Source: Octopus vulgaris
Lineage: Eukaryota
Direction: 5' to 3'
DNA length: 64,000 nucleotides
Assembly: GCA_951406725.2 (NCBI GenBank)
Contig: OX597827.1
Coordinates: 2,852,001-2,916,000, forward strand
The notes beneath the pieces are model-generated. The model had not been told where the DNA came from. It was given only the letters and a program-made list of their open reading frames with translations, and did not search any database. The first letter of the stretch is position 1. The number at the start of each line of letters is the position of its first letter. Made by a program: the position numbers and the translations under genes. Positions 13,287 to 27,300 of this stretch are shown here, piece after piece.

Positions 13287-13527
13287 CAAGTGAGCTGACA
13301 GAATTATCAGCATGCAGGGCAAATTGCCTGGCCGCATTTCGTTCATCTTTATATTCTGAGTTCAAACTTTGCCAATGTCGACTTTGCCTTTCATCCTTTC
13401 AGAGTTGATAAATTAAGTACCACTCAAGTACGGGGGTCTATGTGATCAACTTACCCCCTCCCGACAAATTTCAGGCCTTGTGCCTATAGTAGAAAAGATT
13501 ATTACTACTACTACTACTACTACTACT

Positions 13528-13561
<34 letters not shown>

Positions 13562-14880
13562 GGTGGTGAACTGGCAGAGTTGTTAGCACATTGAACAAAA
13601 TGCTTCATAACATTTCTTTTGGCTTTCGGCTCCAAGTTCAAATTCCACTGAGGTCAATTTTGCCTTTCATCTTTTCAGGGTTGGATTTAGATTATTGACT
13701 TGCCTTCTCCAAACTTTTGTGACCTTGTGCCAATAACAGAAATAATTATTATTATCATTCCTCTAGAAGCATAAAAGGCAAAGTTCAAATCCCAACAAGT
13801 TGAATTTGTCCTCCATCCCCTTGATGTCAATAAATAAAGTATTAGCCAAGTTTTGGGGCTGATTTTACTGAGTAACTTCCTTTTCTCATATTGCTAGCCT
13901 TGTGCCTAAATTTTAAACTTCTGTTATCAACCTGGGAAGGATAAAAGACAAAGTTGACCTCAGAAGGATTTGAATACAGAATGAAGAGAACCAAAATAAA
14001 TATTGCAGGTCGTTTCTACCGATGGTCTTATGATTCAGCCAAACCAGAATTGCCGTTGTGGTATTTCATCTGTCTTTACGTTCTGAGTTCAAATGCTGCT
14101 AAGGTCAACTTTATCTTTCATCATTTCGAGGCTGATAAAATAGGTACCAGTTGAGCACAGGACTGGGGCCAATGCAATTGACTTCCCCCACTCCCCCAAA
14201 AGGTTGAAAGGATTATTATGACTATTGTTATTGTTGTGGAAGGATCCTCATCACCCCCACGTGACCAAAAGTGGACTGACACATTTCAATGAAATAAAGA
14301 AACTGTGTTAACTGGGGGCAGTTTACAGTCAGCAGCTGACAGCATTGATCGTTGGTATCGGATGACTGTGTTAGTTTAATATTGTACCGATGTTTGGTAT
14401 TGTATTGAGTACATTCTGCATGACCATATTAATTCTGCAAAAGGTTATTCTAGATAACCATATCCAAATATACATTCGGGTAATACAGTTCTACACCCAA
14501 TCTGCACAACAATGTCATCATAACATTACTGGTGATGAGATACTCAAACCCATGACATAACAGTTATTGGTTTCAAATTTTGGCACAAGGCTGGCAATTT
14601 CGTGGGGGAGAGAAAGAGGTAAGTCACTTATAACAACCCTGATGCTCAACTGGGACTTATTTTATGAACCCTGAAAGAATGGAAGACAAATTCAACTATA
14701 GTGGAATTTGAACTCACAACATAAAGATGGACAAAATACCGTTAAAAATTTGCCTGGCATGCTAACAATTCTGTCAGCTCACCACCTAATTATTATTAGG
14801 GTGATGAATGGTGGAATTGATGCTGTAGTGTACAAAATGCCTTGCAGTATTTAATTACAAGTCTGTATCTTTCTAACTTC
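13287..14880. mobile_element. Cluster of family B SINEs (tail type 2) in (ATT)n/(ACT)n tracts
   Basis: Copies near 13287-13500 (+), 13560-13745 (+), 13785-13920 (+), 13925-14040 (-), 14055-14215 (+) and 14568-14787 (-). Confidence 0.8.
14232..14511. mobile_element. Possible solo LTR
   Basis: Unique 280-bp island starting TGTTGTG and ending CACAACA (7-bp inverted termini); no TSD seen. Confidence 0.3.
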
Positions 14881-15295
14881 AAATCCTACCAATGTCTATG
14901 AAATATGTATCAACCAAAGAATACAATCAATATAATACAATCATATACAATCCCTTACAGATGTCATCTCATACGGATGTTACAAATCATTGCTATTATT
15001 GGGTTTCCTTCATAGCCTTAGGTGCTAGTGTTCCACTTGGGGACTTTCTCATATCTGTCTGACTTTCATCTTTCACTTCTTTCAGCCATTGGACTGCAGC
15101 CATGCTGGGCATCCCCTTGACGAGTTTAGTTGAAAAAATTGGCCCAAGTACTTACTTTTTTTTAAAGTCTGGTACTTATTCTATTGGTCTCTTTTGACAG
15201 ACTTTTAGATTATAGGAACATAACAAACCAACAACAGTTGTAAAGCAGTGGTAGAGGATAAATAGATCGACATATTATATATATATATATATGTA

Positions 15296-15480
15296 GGCCG
15301 GCCAGATTAGAGTAGTCTTGAGTGTAACCAGCCGAAAATGCTAAGACAATCTGGAACTCAATTGAGGATAAGAAGCTCTGAATGACCCATCCCTGTTTTT
15401 CCCTGTACCTTTTTGTATCGTTTAACCGTCCGGGTGTTTTGTTGTCGCATGTGACAATCTTGTTCCATTTTTTTTGTTTT

Positions 15481-15490
<10 letters not shown>
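15296..15490 (+). mobile_element. Penelope-like terminal fragment in (TA)n with a re-ordered hammerhead-like motif
   Basis: Flanked by (TA)n with a T-rich tail; contains GTC, GAAA and tTGAGGA with complementary arms (see findings). Confidence 0.5.
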
Positions 15491-15519
<29 letters not shown>

Positions 15520-15520
<1 letters not shown>

Positions 15521-15692
15521 ATGAGTGTATGGTAAGAAGTTTGTTTCCGAATCACATGGTTCTGGATTCAATCCTATTGTATGGCACCTTCAACAAGTAT
15601 CTTCTGTAGCCCCAGGCTGACCAAAACCTGAACAGACTTGGTAAATGGAAACTGAAAGAAGCCCATCATATGTATATATATACATACATATA

Positions 15693-15773
<81 letters not shown>

Positions 15774-16037
15774 CATATGTATATTTGTGTATATATATAT
15801 ATGTGTGTGTGTGCGCGTGTATGTGTGCCTTGATGTATGTGTTTGTCTCGACCACCACTTGGCAACAAGCGTTGGCTTGTTTATGACCCTGTAACTTAAC
15901 AGTTCAGCAAAACAGACTGATTGAATGAGTACCAGACTAATGGAAATAAGTACAAGGCTTCATCAGTTTGACTAAAACCCTTCAAGGCAGTGCTCCAGCA
16001 TTGCCATAGTGTAAAATGACTGAAGCAAGTGAAAGAT
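15520..16037 (+). mobile_element. SINE family A with an expanded internal microsatellite
   Basis: Head, CORE-like part, about 170 bp of (TA)/(TG), and family A tail. An oppositely oriented tail fragment lies at 15075-15270. Confidence 0.85.
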
Positions 16038-16071
16038 TACATATATATATATATATATGTACACACACATG

Positions 16072-17348
16072 AATTCAAATGCAGAGCAATCCTCAGCTGC
16101 ACAAAGACATAGAATTTAATTAAATTAAACAGATGGACACATTAGTATAATTTTGCTTAAAATCTCCAAGAAGTTAAGGAGATAGACAAAGAACACACAT
16201 GCTTTATCATGTTTTTTAGTGATTAAGCTATTTTCTTGCTTTTCTATGGTGTTCCGCCCAACCTGATTATTTTTTTTTTATTTTACAATAGCCTTTATTT
16301 ATTTATAAAATAAATCTAATATTTGTACCTCTATAAATTCATACTTAGCTTATATATAACAATACTGGTATATTCACTACTTAAAATAAACTGCTTAGAT
16401 TATAATTAAATTAATTCATAGTTAGCATGTTCTTTTACCGCAGTACTCCTATATTGAATACTAGTATGTACCAATTGATCAATATTCACTGATACCATCT
16501 GATAAGTTAGTATTTAAGTTTATATGTATAAATATTAAACTATTTCTAGATAATTTCTTTTCCTCCCTCTATTGTGGTAAAGTTTGGTATGTACTCAAAA
16601 ATATTCATAAGACATTTTATCCTTTTGTTATAATTCTTCTTCTTAATAATCCTCTGAATAACCCCAAACTTTAACTTTATACAATATAGCAGTATTGCTT
16701 AAAATATTTAACTATAGTACTACATGATAAGATTTCCCCTGTTTCATTATCAATGGTCTGCTAGTTGCCAACCCCCTTAATTGTCCACTAACATCTTGAT
16801 TTAAATTTTCCTTTACCAAATCTCATGGTATTGCTTCAAATAAATCTTGATTTTTATGACTATACCCACTATGATTTCTGTCAACTCCCTCAGCCATACC
16901 CCTAACAGACAAGGATTTGATAAAACTAGTCTATAAATTAAAACTGACCCCATATAACAGTGACAAGCAAATTCTGTAACAAGTCTTTCTTCCTGATACC
17001 TGAGGAGCTTTGAAGTGTAAAGAAAGGCAGCATGTTCTTTGCCTATCTCCTTAACTTCTCGGAGATTTTAGGCAAAATTATACTAATGGGTCCATCTGTT
17101 TTAATTTAATTAAATTCTATGTCTTTGTGCAGCTGAGGATTGCTCTGCATTTAAATTGCTGTAATGGTTGCATTGTTCAATTAAATGGAGTTGCATGAAA
17201 CGATCATACTGCATTACCTCTGGATATCCTTGTTGCTTATTTTGATTCTAATCACCTTATTTTGAAATTGTATGGATAATACAGTACTAAATTCTGGTGC
17301 CTCAACTTAAGTGCCATATTCATCTGATTCTAAATTTTTGCTGAACTC
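16072..17348 (+). mobile_element. Penelope-like element: inverted partial terminal repeat, decayed body and hammerhead-bearing terminal repeat
   Basis: 16072-16203 is the reverse complement of 17029-17157; hammerhead core at 17127-17214; microsatellite flanks; related copy at 57182-57460. Confidence 0.7.
17127..17214 (+). ncRNA. Minimal type I hammerhead ribozyme motif (mutated)
   Basis: Stem I gtgcag/ctgcat, CTGAGGA, stem II tgc/gca around a long loop, then GAAAC-gatc-ATA (GTA expected). Confidence 0.6.
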
Positions 17349-17448
17349 ATATATATATATATATATGATTGTGTATAGAACAATGTATTAAACAATGAAG
17401 TTCCAACATATATATACACACACATGCACACACACACACACACATATA

Positions 17449-18751
17449 CAGGGTGTGATGGGTGAATTGTCACCATTTTTTATTTTTAATTTCGTGCATG
17501 TACAATGTTTGTTTTTGATTTTGTCAGCAACACAGAATACTAGGGTCAGTTGGGTACCGTCTCTGAGAAAAACAGCACCATGATGTAATTCACTCCACCA
17601 GAAATTTGGAAACGACATGCTGTACTGCTTGGCATTCATACCGGAAGCTCCAATACAAACATCCAGAGTGTTTGGGTGTCAATCTGAGTACAGTGCGGAG
17701 GATTCAGAAAGAGTTGGATGAGTCTAATGGTGATTATGATGGTATTACAGCTCGAAAAGCTCACTCTGACCGTTCTGATAAGAAAAGAATTCTTGCATTT
17801 GTTGGTGAGATCCAGGCCATGATTGACAACGATCCCTCCAAGTCAATCAGGTCCATCACCAGGGACATGGGAGTGTCTGAGCTTCTTATTAGGCAGAAGA
17901 GGTGCATGAAGATATTCAGTATTCCTCATACAAGATGAGAAAGGGCCACTTTTTATCACAAGCCATCAAGGACAAGAGGAAAGACCAGACTACGAAGCTT
18001 TTGGACAAACTCAAGCATCTCCTTCAACCGAACATGCTTTGGTTTTTCTCAGACGAGAAAACTTTCTGCCAGGATCAGATGTTGAGCACACCGAACTACC
18101 GTTGGCTTGCCGTTTCCCCAAAACATGTACTGAGAATGATAAAAAGCAAACATCCAGTCAACATCATGGTGTTTGGAGTGAACACTAATGATGGTGACGT
18201 TATGCCTCTAATCATCTTCCTACACGGCTTCACACTCAGCACAGTGACTGACATCAAGTACCTGGAAGAGATGGTGCTGCTCTGGGTCAAGAGGCTAGCC
18301 ACTGGAAAACCCTATGTCTGGCAACAAGACTCTGCACCATGCCACACAAGAAGGAGAACCTAGTCATGGCTGTCAAACAATTTCTGTGACCACATCACCC
18401 CTAACATCTGGCCACCTAACTCCCCAGACTGCCACCCCCTTGATTATTATGTGTGGGGTGCAGTTGAGCGAGAGACCAACAAAACTCCTTGTAACACCAA
18501 AGATGAACTGAAGGCAAGGATTATGGCAGCATTCACCAACTTAAACAAGGAGAACATCCAGAAGAGTTGCAGGAAATTACAAAGTCGTCTGGAGGCCATG
18601 GTTGAAGCCAATGGTGATTTTATTGAATAAATTTACTCATAATTATTTCTGGATATTTTTATGTAATTTTGATAAATATATTTGTTGAAAGGAGATGTCA
18701 GTGTTATTTTTATTTTTGTGTAATTCATATGACAGTTTATTCTCTGCAACT

Positions 18752-18753
<2 letters not shown>
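17449..18753 (+). mobile_element. Tc1/mariner superfamily maT (DD37D) transposon, near full length
   Basis: TA|CAGGGTG left end, degenerate right TIR (tgacagtttattctctgcaacttg), and an internal transposase pseudogene. Confidence 0.9.
17580..18630 (+). pseudogene. DD37D transposase pseudogene (frameshifts, in-frame stops)
   Basis: HTH region (LGVNLSTVRRIQK), WFFSDEK, WQQDSAPCH and WPPNSPDCHPLDYYVWG, with 37 residues between the 2nd and 3rd Asp; stop at 18361; ends VEANGDFIE*. Confidence 0.92.
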
Positions 18754-18816
<63 letters not shown>

Positions 18817-19539
18817 ATGATAATAATATTAGGGAGTATTTTGTCTCTAATTCATATTTTATATATATACACATACATACATACATATATATATATATAG
18901 ATAGATAGATAGATAGATAGATACACATACACATATATATATTTGACTGGGGAAAAGATAGAGAGATACAGAGACAAAGTGAAAGAGCAAAAGGAATCAA
19001 TAACTTCACAAACTTTTTATTCCCATAATGCCAACCATTACCTTCATCACCAGCTTCGTTTCCTCTTCCTCCTCGCCACCACCACCACCACTGCCATCTC
19101 CATCATTGCCACTGCTGCCATCATCACCCAACCCTCGCCACCACAGCTCCCATACAAGTGCTGACATTTGGTTGCCACTGTTTGAAATTACACCATATTC
19201 CTTCTCCCACCATGTCAGTCGAGTGATTAAGTCCTTATAGATCACCATAACCACATCGTCTCTAATCAACGAAACCTCTGTAGGCTAACAGAACCTCATT
19301 GATTCCATTCCTTAAATCTCACAAACTAGATTATTGATTCTGTTCAATAATCAAATGTAAAAATCACTACAGTCCCCTGTAGACTTCTCTCATACCGCTT
19401 CCAGTCATCTCCTGAAACCTTTCTACCATTAACGGTCCTGCTGCTTGATTCCACTCCTTGTCACAACAAAGTTTACCTCCACCTCTATCCCCACGTCTCT
19501 CTCCCCCTCATACACACATACATTTTCTTTCTCTCCTCC

Positions 19540-19800
<261 letters not shown>

Positions 19801-20543
19801 GTATATATATATACCTATCCATCAAACTATATAGTTATTTCCCTGTCCATCTATCGTTCAATGTGTACAACTAATAATTGTATCTCCCTCACTCTGTATA
19901 TGTGTGTGTGTGTATATATACACATACATACAAATATATATACACACACGTATTTATGTGTGTATATATATATATATATCCATCCGTCTAGTCACTTGCA
20001 TTTCCATTTATATGTTTATTCATCTTAACTATCACTATATGCATCTTATGTACTAACCTATCTGTGTACCTGTCTATCTATTTCACACTTCCAATCTACC
20101 TACCTATATATCTATCTATCTATCCATCTACCAATCTACCTATCTCTCTACCTACCCAACTTTCAATCTCACTACCTTACTATCTCCTTATCCCCTATCT
20201 GTCTAACTGCCTATCTATATATCTACCTATCTAGCAATATATATATATGTATATGTATGTATCCCTCTAACCATCTCACCAGTTATCTAAACTATAAAAC
20301 GTCAAGTATTGGCTGATTCCCAGAGAGTAGCAGTAACGTCTTCTTTGTCTGTTGATCACGTTAAAGATTTTACTGACAAATTTCTCCCATTGACCGAGAA
20401 TATTTAACTCTTTAAAAAGATCTGACCTGCAGGCAAGCCAAAAGCTAACAAGCGTCTTCCTTCGCTTTTGACCAAAGCATTTAACCCTTTTAGAATAGAC
20501 AATCTATATAACTATTGACTGATTAGAGGACACACGCCAACTC

Positions 20544-20582
<39 letters not shown>

Positions 20583-20886
20583 GCACACTCGTACACATAC
20601 ACTCTCTCTCTTTCTCACACATACATACACATACTTATATACACACCAGTCAAACATACATATAAACATAATCTTTCTTACCTCATAACACATTGATTAT
20701 ATAGACATACAAATGTACATACACACATCTACAATCACACAAAAAGGCGTACATTATCTTAACACATTGAATAAATACATACATATACATGGATATATAA
20801 AAACACACACAAATATCCATATACAGACACACATATATGCATACCCAATTTTTTCCTCTCAGCTCATATATATACATACATATATA

Positions 20887-20920
<34 letters not shown>

Positions 20921-20984
20921 TGCACATAGACATTCACATATACATACCTATAATTGCACATACGCAATTTTCTCACTCAAACTT

Positions 20985-21870
20985 GACTAGACTAGACACC
21001 CTTCACATATATATGCATACACAGACAACCATGCACTTATATACACATAGACAGCCTTACATTTATACACACATATAGAGACAGCTTAAATATGCTTATG
21101 TAGACAGCCATACACCTACATACAATTATGTAGACGGCTGCATACTTTACACATATAAAGAAAGCCATACACTTACATACATATATGCAGACAGTTATAC
21201 ACTTACAAACACATAGATATAACCATGCGCTTATATACACATAAGCAGATAGCTACACACTTACATTCAGTTGTGTGTAGATAGTCACATATGCATATAT
21301 TGTCAGTCATACACTCACATACACTTATACAGACAACCATACACTAATATACACATAAGTAGACAGCTATACACTCACACATATACAGACATCCATATAC
21401 TTACATAGATACAGACAGCTACACTGTTACATACACTTATGTAGACAGCCATACACTTATATACACATATGCAGAAACCCATGCACTTATGTACGCATAT
21501 AAAGACAGCCATACACTTACATACATATACAGAGACAGCCATACACTTAATGCATGTATACAAGCAGTCATACAATTAAAATACATACATGTATAGATAT
21601 ACAGTTACAAACACATATGCAGATATTCACTTATGTGCACATATACAGACAGATATACACTTACTCATATACAGATACTCTTACTCATTACACTTACATA
21701 CATACACTTATACAAGCAGTCACACACTTAAAATACAGACATGCAGTTACATCCACATATATAGATATTCACATATGTACACATATACATACAGTCATAC
21801 ACTTAGACATTTACAGACAGTCTTATACTGACATACACTTACGAAAATAGCCTTGCACTGACATACACTT
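20985..21870. repeat. Degenerate minisatellite of about 30 bp
   Basis: Recurring unit of the form agacagccatacacttacatacacatat. Confidence 0.8.
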
Positions 21871-21904
21871 ATACAAATATGTATCTTTCTTTCTTTTTCT
21901 TTTT

Positions 21905-22256
21905 ATTTGTAACTTGACCCTAGGACTTATTCTTTGTAAGCCCAGTACTTATTCTATCGGTCTCTTTTTGCCGAACCGCTAAATGACGGGGACATAAACA
22001 CACCAGCATCGGTAGTCAAGCAATGCTAGGGGGACAAATACAGACACACAAACATATACACACACATACATATATACATATATACATATATACGAGAGGC
22101 TTCTTTCAGTTTCCGTCTACCAAATCCACTCACAAGGCTTTGGTTGGTCTGAGGCTATAGTAGAAGACACTTGCCCAAGGTGCGACGCAGTAGGACTGAA
22201 CCAGGAACCATGTGGTTGGTAAGCAAGCTACTTACCACACAGCCACTCCTGCACCT
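21905..22256 (-). mobile_element. SINE family A
   Basis: Reverse complement of the family A head, microsatellite and most of the tail. Confidence 0.9.
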
Positions 22257-22490
22257 ATGTATGCGCAATGCTACCTCTTAATGCAATTAATGTATACAGA
22301 CACAGGTACATAATTACCTCACAATACTCATTCACACCTATACAAATGCACACTTACATATATGCATGCACACAAACACGCACACATGCATGCACACATA
22401 TACACACACATTCATTTACTCTCTCTGCTGTTCATCATACACTATATACACATAGATAAGATACACATGCATATTATTTAAATATGTATG

Positions 22491-22522
<32 letters not shown>

Positions 22523-23364
22523 CTAATGCAAATAAATACATAAAGTCTCACACACACACACAAGCATATACATACATATTTGCATACACATACACAAACA
22601 CAGTAGGCTCTGAATATAAAGTGAGTCTACAAATACATATACACATACATAGAATCTCACACAAGTTTACCAAGTGTGGTTACCCACCTCCCACCACCAC
22701 TTCAAAGGAGTAGCCAAACACTTTCCTTTCTTTCTTTCTTTCCTTCTTTCTTTCCTTCTTTCTTTCCTTCTTTCTTTCTTTCTTTCCTTCTCTTCCAGAC
22801 TGTCTGAATACCTGGTTTTCTGTCTTCAATTCATACATATACATACATACAAACATACATGCATACATATATACATACAAATATACACACACACAAACGT
22901 ACATACATAAATACACATACAGTAATTCTCACAGTTCTAAACATGCACACACACACAAACACACACATATATATATATACACACACACTTTTAATTGTCA
23001 TGTATGCTTCACAATTACTTAACAGATATTCACATGCACAAGTACCTGCAACACACACAAGCACATGCATGTAGCCCACATGCACAAGCAAACATGCATA
23101 GCAAGACCTACATAATTACAGACACATTTTCGACACTCACCCCACTAACCACTGGGCTTTGACAATCACTTTTCTTTTCACATTCTTTCTTCCTTTCTCT
23201 CTTTTTCACCCTCTTTCTGTCTGTCTGTCTGTCTCTCTCTTTCTCTCTCTATGTCTCTCTCTCTCTCTCTCTCTTTCATACACACACAAATACTTACACA
23301 CATGAGATCACTCATTATACAATCCGATGTTCTCTCCTTTTCAAAAGAAAAATTCTATCATTTA

Positions 23365-23417
<53 letters not shown>

Positions 23418-23699
23418 CTCTTTCTCTTCTTATGCATCTATCCTGCTTTACATATACACACACAGATACTCATGCTCACACACACGTGCACACACACACA
23501 CACACACACATACAGACATGATGACACAATAACACTTGCTCAAATAATAAAATTATTTACTTCCCAATTCACCTTTCTCACAAAAGATAAGACATACCTA
23601 CATCTCTGTCTTCCTCTCTCTCTCTCTCCTTATTCCCCCATCCTTCTCTCTGTCTGTCTCTCTATTTGTCTAGCAATCTCTCTTTCTCTCACCAGCTAC

Positions 23700-23715
23700 C
23701 ACTATCTATCTAACT

Positions 23716-23765
<50 letters not shown>

Positions 23766-23773
23766 GTCTAACT

Positions 23774-23842
<69 letters not shown>

Positions 23843-23859
23843 AATCTATCAATCTATCA

Positions 23860-23944
<85 letters not shown>

Positions 23945-23945
23945 C

Positions 23946-23999
<54 letters not shown>

Positions 24000-24006
24000 C
24001 TCTCTC

Positions 24007-24065
<59 letters not shown>

Positions 24066-24108
24066 CTATCTATCTATCTATCTGTCTGTCTATCTATCTA
24101 TTTTTATT

Positions 24109-24163
<55 letters not shown>

Positions 24164-24170
24164 ATCTGTC
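23700..24170. repeat. (TATC)n compound microsatellite
   Basis: Seen directly. Confidence 0.95.
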
Positions 24171-24222
24171 AATCATTCAGTTTATCTCGATTTATCTATC
24201 TTTGTATCTGGTTTTCCCGCTC

Positions 24223-24258
<36 letters not shown>

Positions 24259-24511
24259 ACATGTATGCAAATAAACACAAAAAAATAAAACAATCCCTGT
24301 GTCACTCACTTTCTCATAAACATATGCATACACACAAAAACAAACACATACATATATACACAAACACAGATTTGTAAGAATATATATACATACACCAAGC
24401 TATATATGCACATATACACAGTTACATGCAATTACACATATATACACAAAACAGATTCATATATTATCATAAGCATGCAATCCCATACAACAAACATGCA
24501 CACACTAACAT

Positions 24512-24557
<46 letters not shown>

Positions 24558-24957
24558 AGCATACATGCATACCTGCATACATACAGGCAAATAATTGCAA
24601 TCACAATAGGTTATACATACACATACATACAAACACACTGATATACAAATATAAATGCATACATTCATATACTTACAATCACAAAGGTATGAATACATAC
24701 ACACAAACACTTTGATACACAAACATGCATGCATACTTACATATATACATACAAACATACATACATACAAATATTTGCAGTCACATCACAAACTAATGCA
24801 AACGTTGTCACATCCACACAACCACATTGATATACAAGCATACATGTATATCTGCATACATACAATTATTTGCACAAAAACATGTATACACTCAGTCCCC
24901 ACCGGACACACGGACACACACACACACTACATGACTAACACATACAGAGATGTATAT

Positions 24958-25108
24958 AATATCACCAACACACACACACAATATCACCAATAAACACATA
25001 AACACACACACACACACACACACACAATATCACCAATAAACACACACACACACACACACACACAATATCACCAATAAACAGACACACACACAATATCATC
25101 AATAAACG

Positions 25109-25142
<34 letters not shown>

Positions 25143-25161
25143 CACACACAATATCACCAAT

Positions 25162-25210
<49 letters not shown>
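24958..25210. repeat. Minisatellite aatatcaccaataaa+(CA)n, about 6 units
   Basis: Seen directly. Confidence 0.9.
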
Positions 25211-25215
<5 letters not shown>

Positions 25216-25345
25216 TCTTGGTCCTCATGGATTTCGGCAGAAGACCATCAGCTGACTGATTAAGTTTGCTCTTAGAAACCTGTTTAATGATGCAAACAGA
25301 AGCAATCTCCAGTTCTTTATTATCTCTTCTTAGTTGCACCCCTTT

Positions 25346-25361
25346 CCAATAGATGGCAGCA
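25346..25361 (+). promoter_or_regulatory. Candidate CTCF-type motif
   Basis: ccaatagatggcagca resembles the CCAsyAGrkGGCrs consensus and lies in a unique island between microsatellites. Confidence 0.35.
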
Positions 25362-25464
25362 CTATTTGAGCAATAATAATAATGGACACTTCCCTCTCCA
25401 ATACTGCAAATACAAAAACTGTTCTTTTATTTTATTTGTGTGTGTATGCATGTGTTTGTGTGTG

Positions 25465-25514
<50 letters not shown>

Positions 25515-25527
25515 TACATATATATAT

Positions 25528-25622
<95 letters not shown>

Positions 25623-25676
25623 ATATATATATATATATATACATACATACATATACACACACACACATATATATAT

Positions 25677-25737
<61 letters not shown>

Positions 25738-26099
25738 GAATGGATAGTCCGTGCTTTGTGAATGTGCACATGTGTGTGTACAGACACACACACACACACA
25801 TAAATTGAATGGACAGTTTATATGAGTGTGTGTGTGTCTAACATATATGTGTATGTGTGTATCAATGGTTGTGTGTGTGTGTATATAGACATGTGTGAGC
25901 ATATATACATGTGGTTTGTGAATGTGTTTTCTTTCTTCTCTATACACCACCATCAACTTTATTCTTATATATTTTACTTTTATATTATTTTAGTATTTGT
26001 TGTTTATATTTTTTTTATCGTTTTTCTCCTTTTACCTCACCTACTTATTTCTTCTTATAATTTCTTCTCCTCCTTCTTCCCTCCTCTTTTCCACACTCT

Positions 26100-26370
26100 T
26101 TTCCTCCATCTTCTTCTTCTTTCTTCTTCTTCTTCTTCTTCTTCTTCTTCTTCTCCTCAGTCTTTTTTTCTTTTCTTCTTTTTCTTCATTTTCTTTCTTC
26201 TCCTTCAGTCTTCTTTTTCTTCTTCTTCTTCCTCTTCTTCTTCTTCTTTTTTTCTTCTTCTTCTTCTTCTTCTTCTTCGTTTTCTTCTCCAGTCTTCTTC
26301 TTCTTCTTCTCTTCTTCTTCTTCTTTCCTTTCTTTCTTTCTTCTCCTCCAGTCTTCTTTCTTTCATTCAT
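26100..26370. repeat. (TTC)n polypyrimidine microsatellite
   Basis: Seen directly. Confidence 0.95.
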
Positions 26371-26650
26371 TCATTCATTCTTTACCCCTAATTCTTGCTT
26401 TCTTCAATTTAGCAGAGGTAATAGTGTAGATATTGTTGATAGTTTTGGTGATGGTCATGGTGATGTTATTTGAGATAACCTCTCTTTAAATAGTTGTTGT
26501 AGTTGTTGTTCTTCTTCACCTTCATCTCTTGCTTTCTTCAATCAAACACTTCTTTATCTTGTTGGTGTTTTTGTTGTTGATCTTTTTCTTCCTCTCTTTT
26601 TTCCTTTATTATCCTTTTTAACACCAACTCCTATCATTTAGGCCAGTATG

Positions 26651-26715
<65 letters not shown>

Positions 26716-26734
26716 ATCAACCAGCAGATAAATG

Positions 26735-27300
26735 TCATCACTGCAACCACCACCACCACAACCATTACCATCACCACAATGACTACCGTTGTGATATCAT
26801 CCCACCCTATACACATCCCACCACCAGTACAATCACTACCATTACTAATACCACCACTGCCACCACCCACACCTGCTACTGTCATAAATACCACAACCAT
26901 GACCACCACTACTATCACCAGTACCACCACAATAACCATCATCACTATCACCACAATTCACACTACTGTCTTTACTACCACTAGTACTACAGTCACCAAT
27001 ACCCCAACCACTTTCACCAATACCATCACCACAGCCATTACCTCCACTACCACCACAACCAACCTATTAATACCATTCCTGTCAACACATCCACCACCAC
27101 CACAGTAATACTGTCCACCCCAGCTCCCACTTTCATCACTACAACCTCTACAACTATTGACCCACATTCATCAATACCAATGCCACCACCACCACCACCA
27201 TCAATAGCTATTCCACTCTTTTATCCCACTGTCCATCTCTTTCCTGCTCACACACATACATCCATCTCCCGCTATGTCTGTCCACCACCACCTCCACCAT
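26735..27300. repeat. Degenerate (ACC)/(ACT) triplet low-complexity tract
   Basis: Seen directly; the source of the poly-Thr/poly-His pseudo-ORFs. Confidence 0.9.

Noticed and set aside
16995-17050. Second hammerhead-like core CTGAGGA...GAAAggca..tgccTA
   Set aside because: Stem II is incomplete and stem I has no partner; at best a decayed remnant.
24958-25210. CRISPR-like repeat-spacer pattern
   Set aside because: The spacers are just (CA)n of variable length; a eukaryotic minisatellite with no cas genes.
26634-27167. Mucin-like poly-Thr/Pro ORF (26710-27108)
   Set aside because: Degenerate ACC triplet tract open in several frames on both strands; no splice or domain support.
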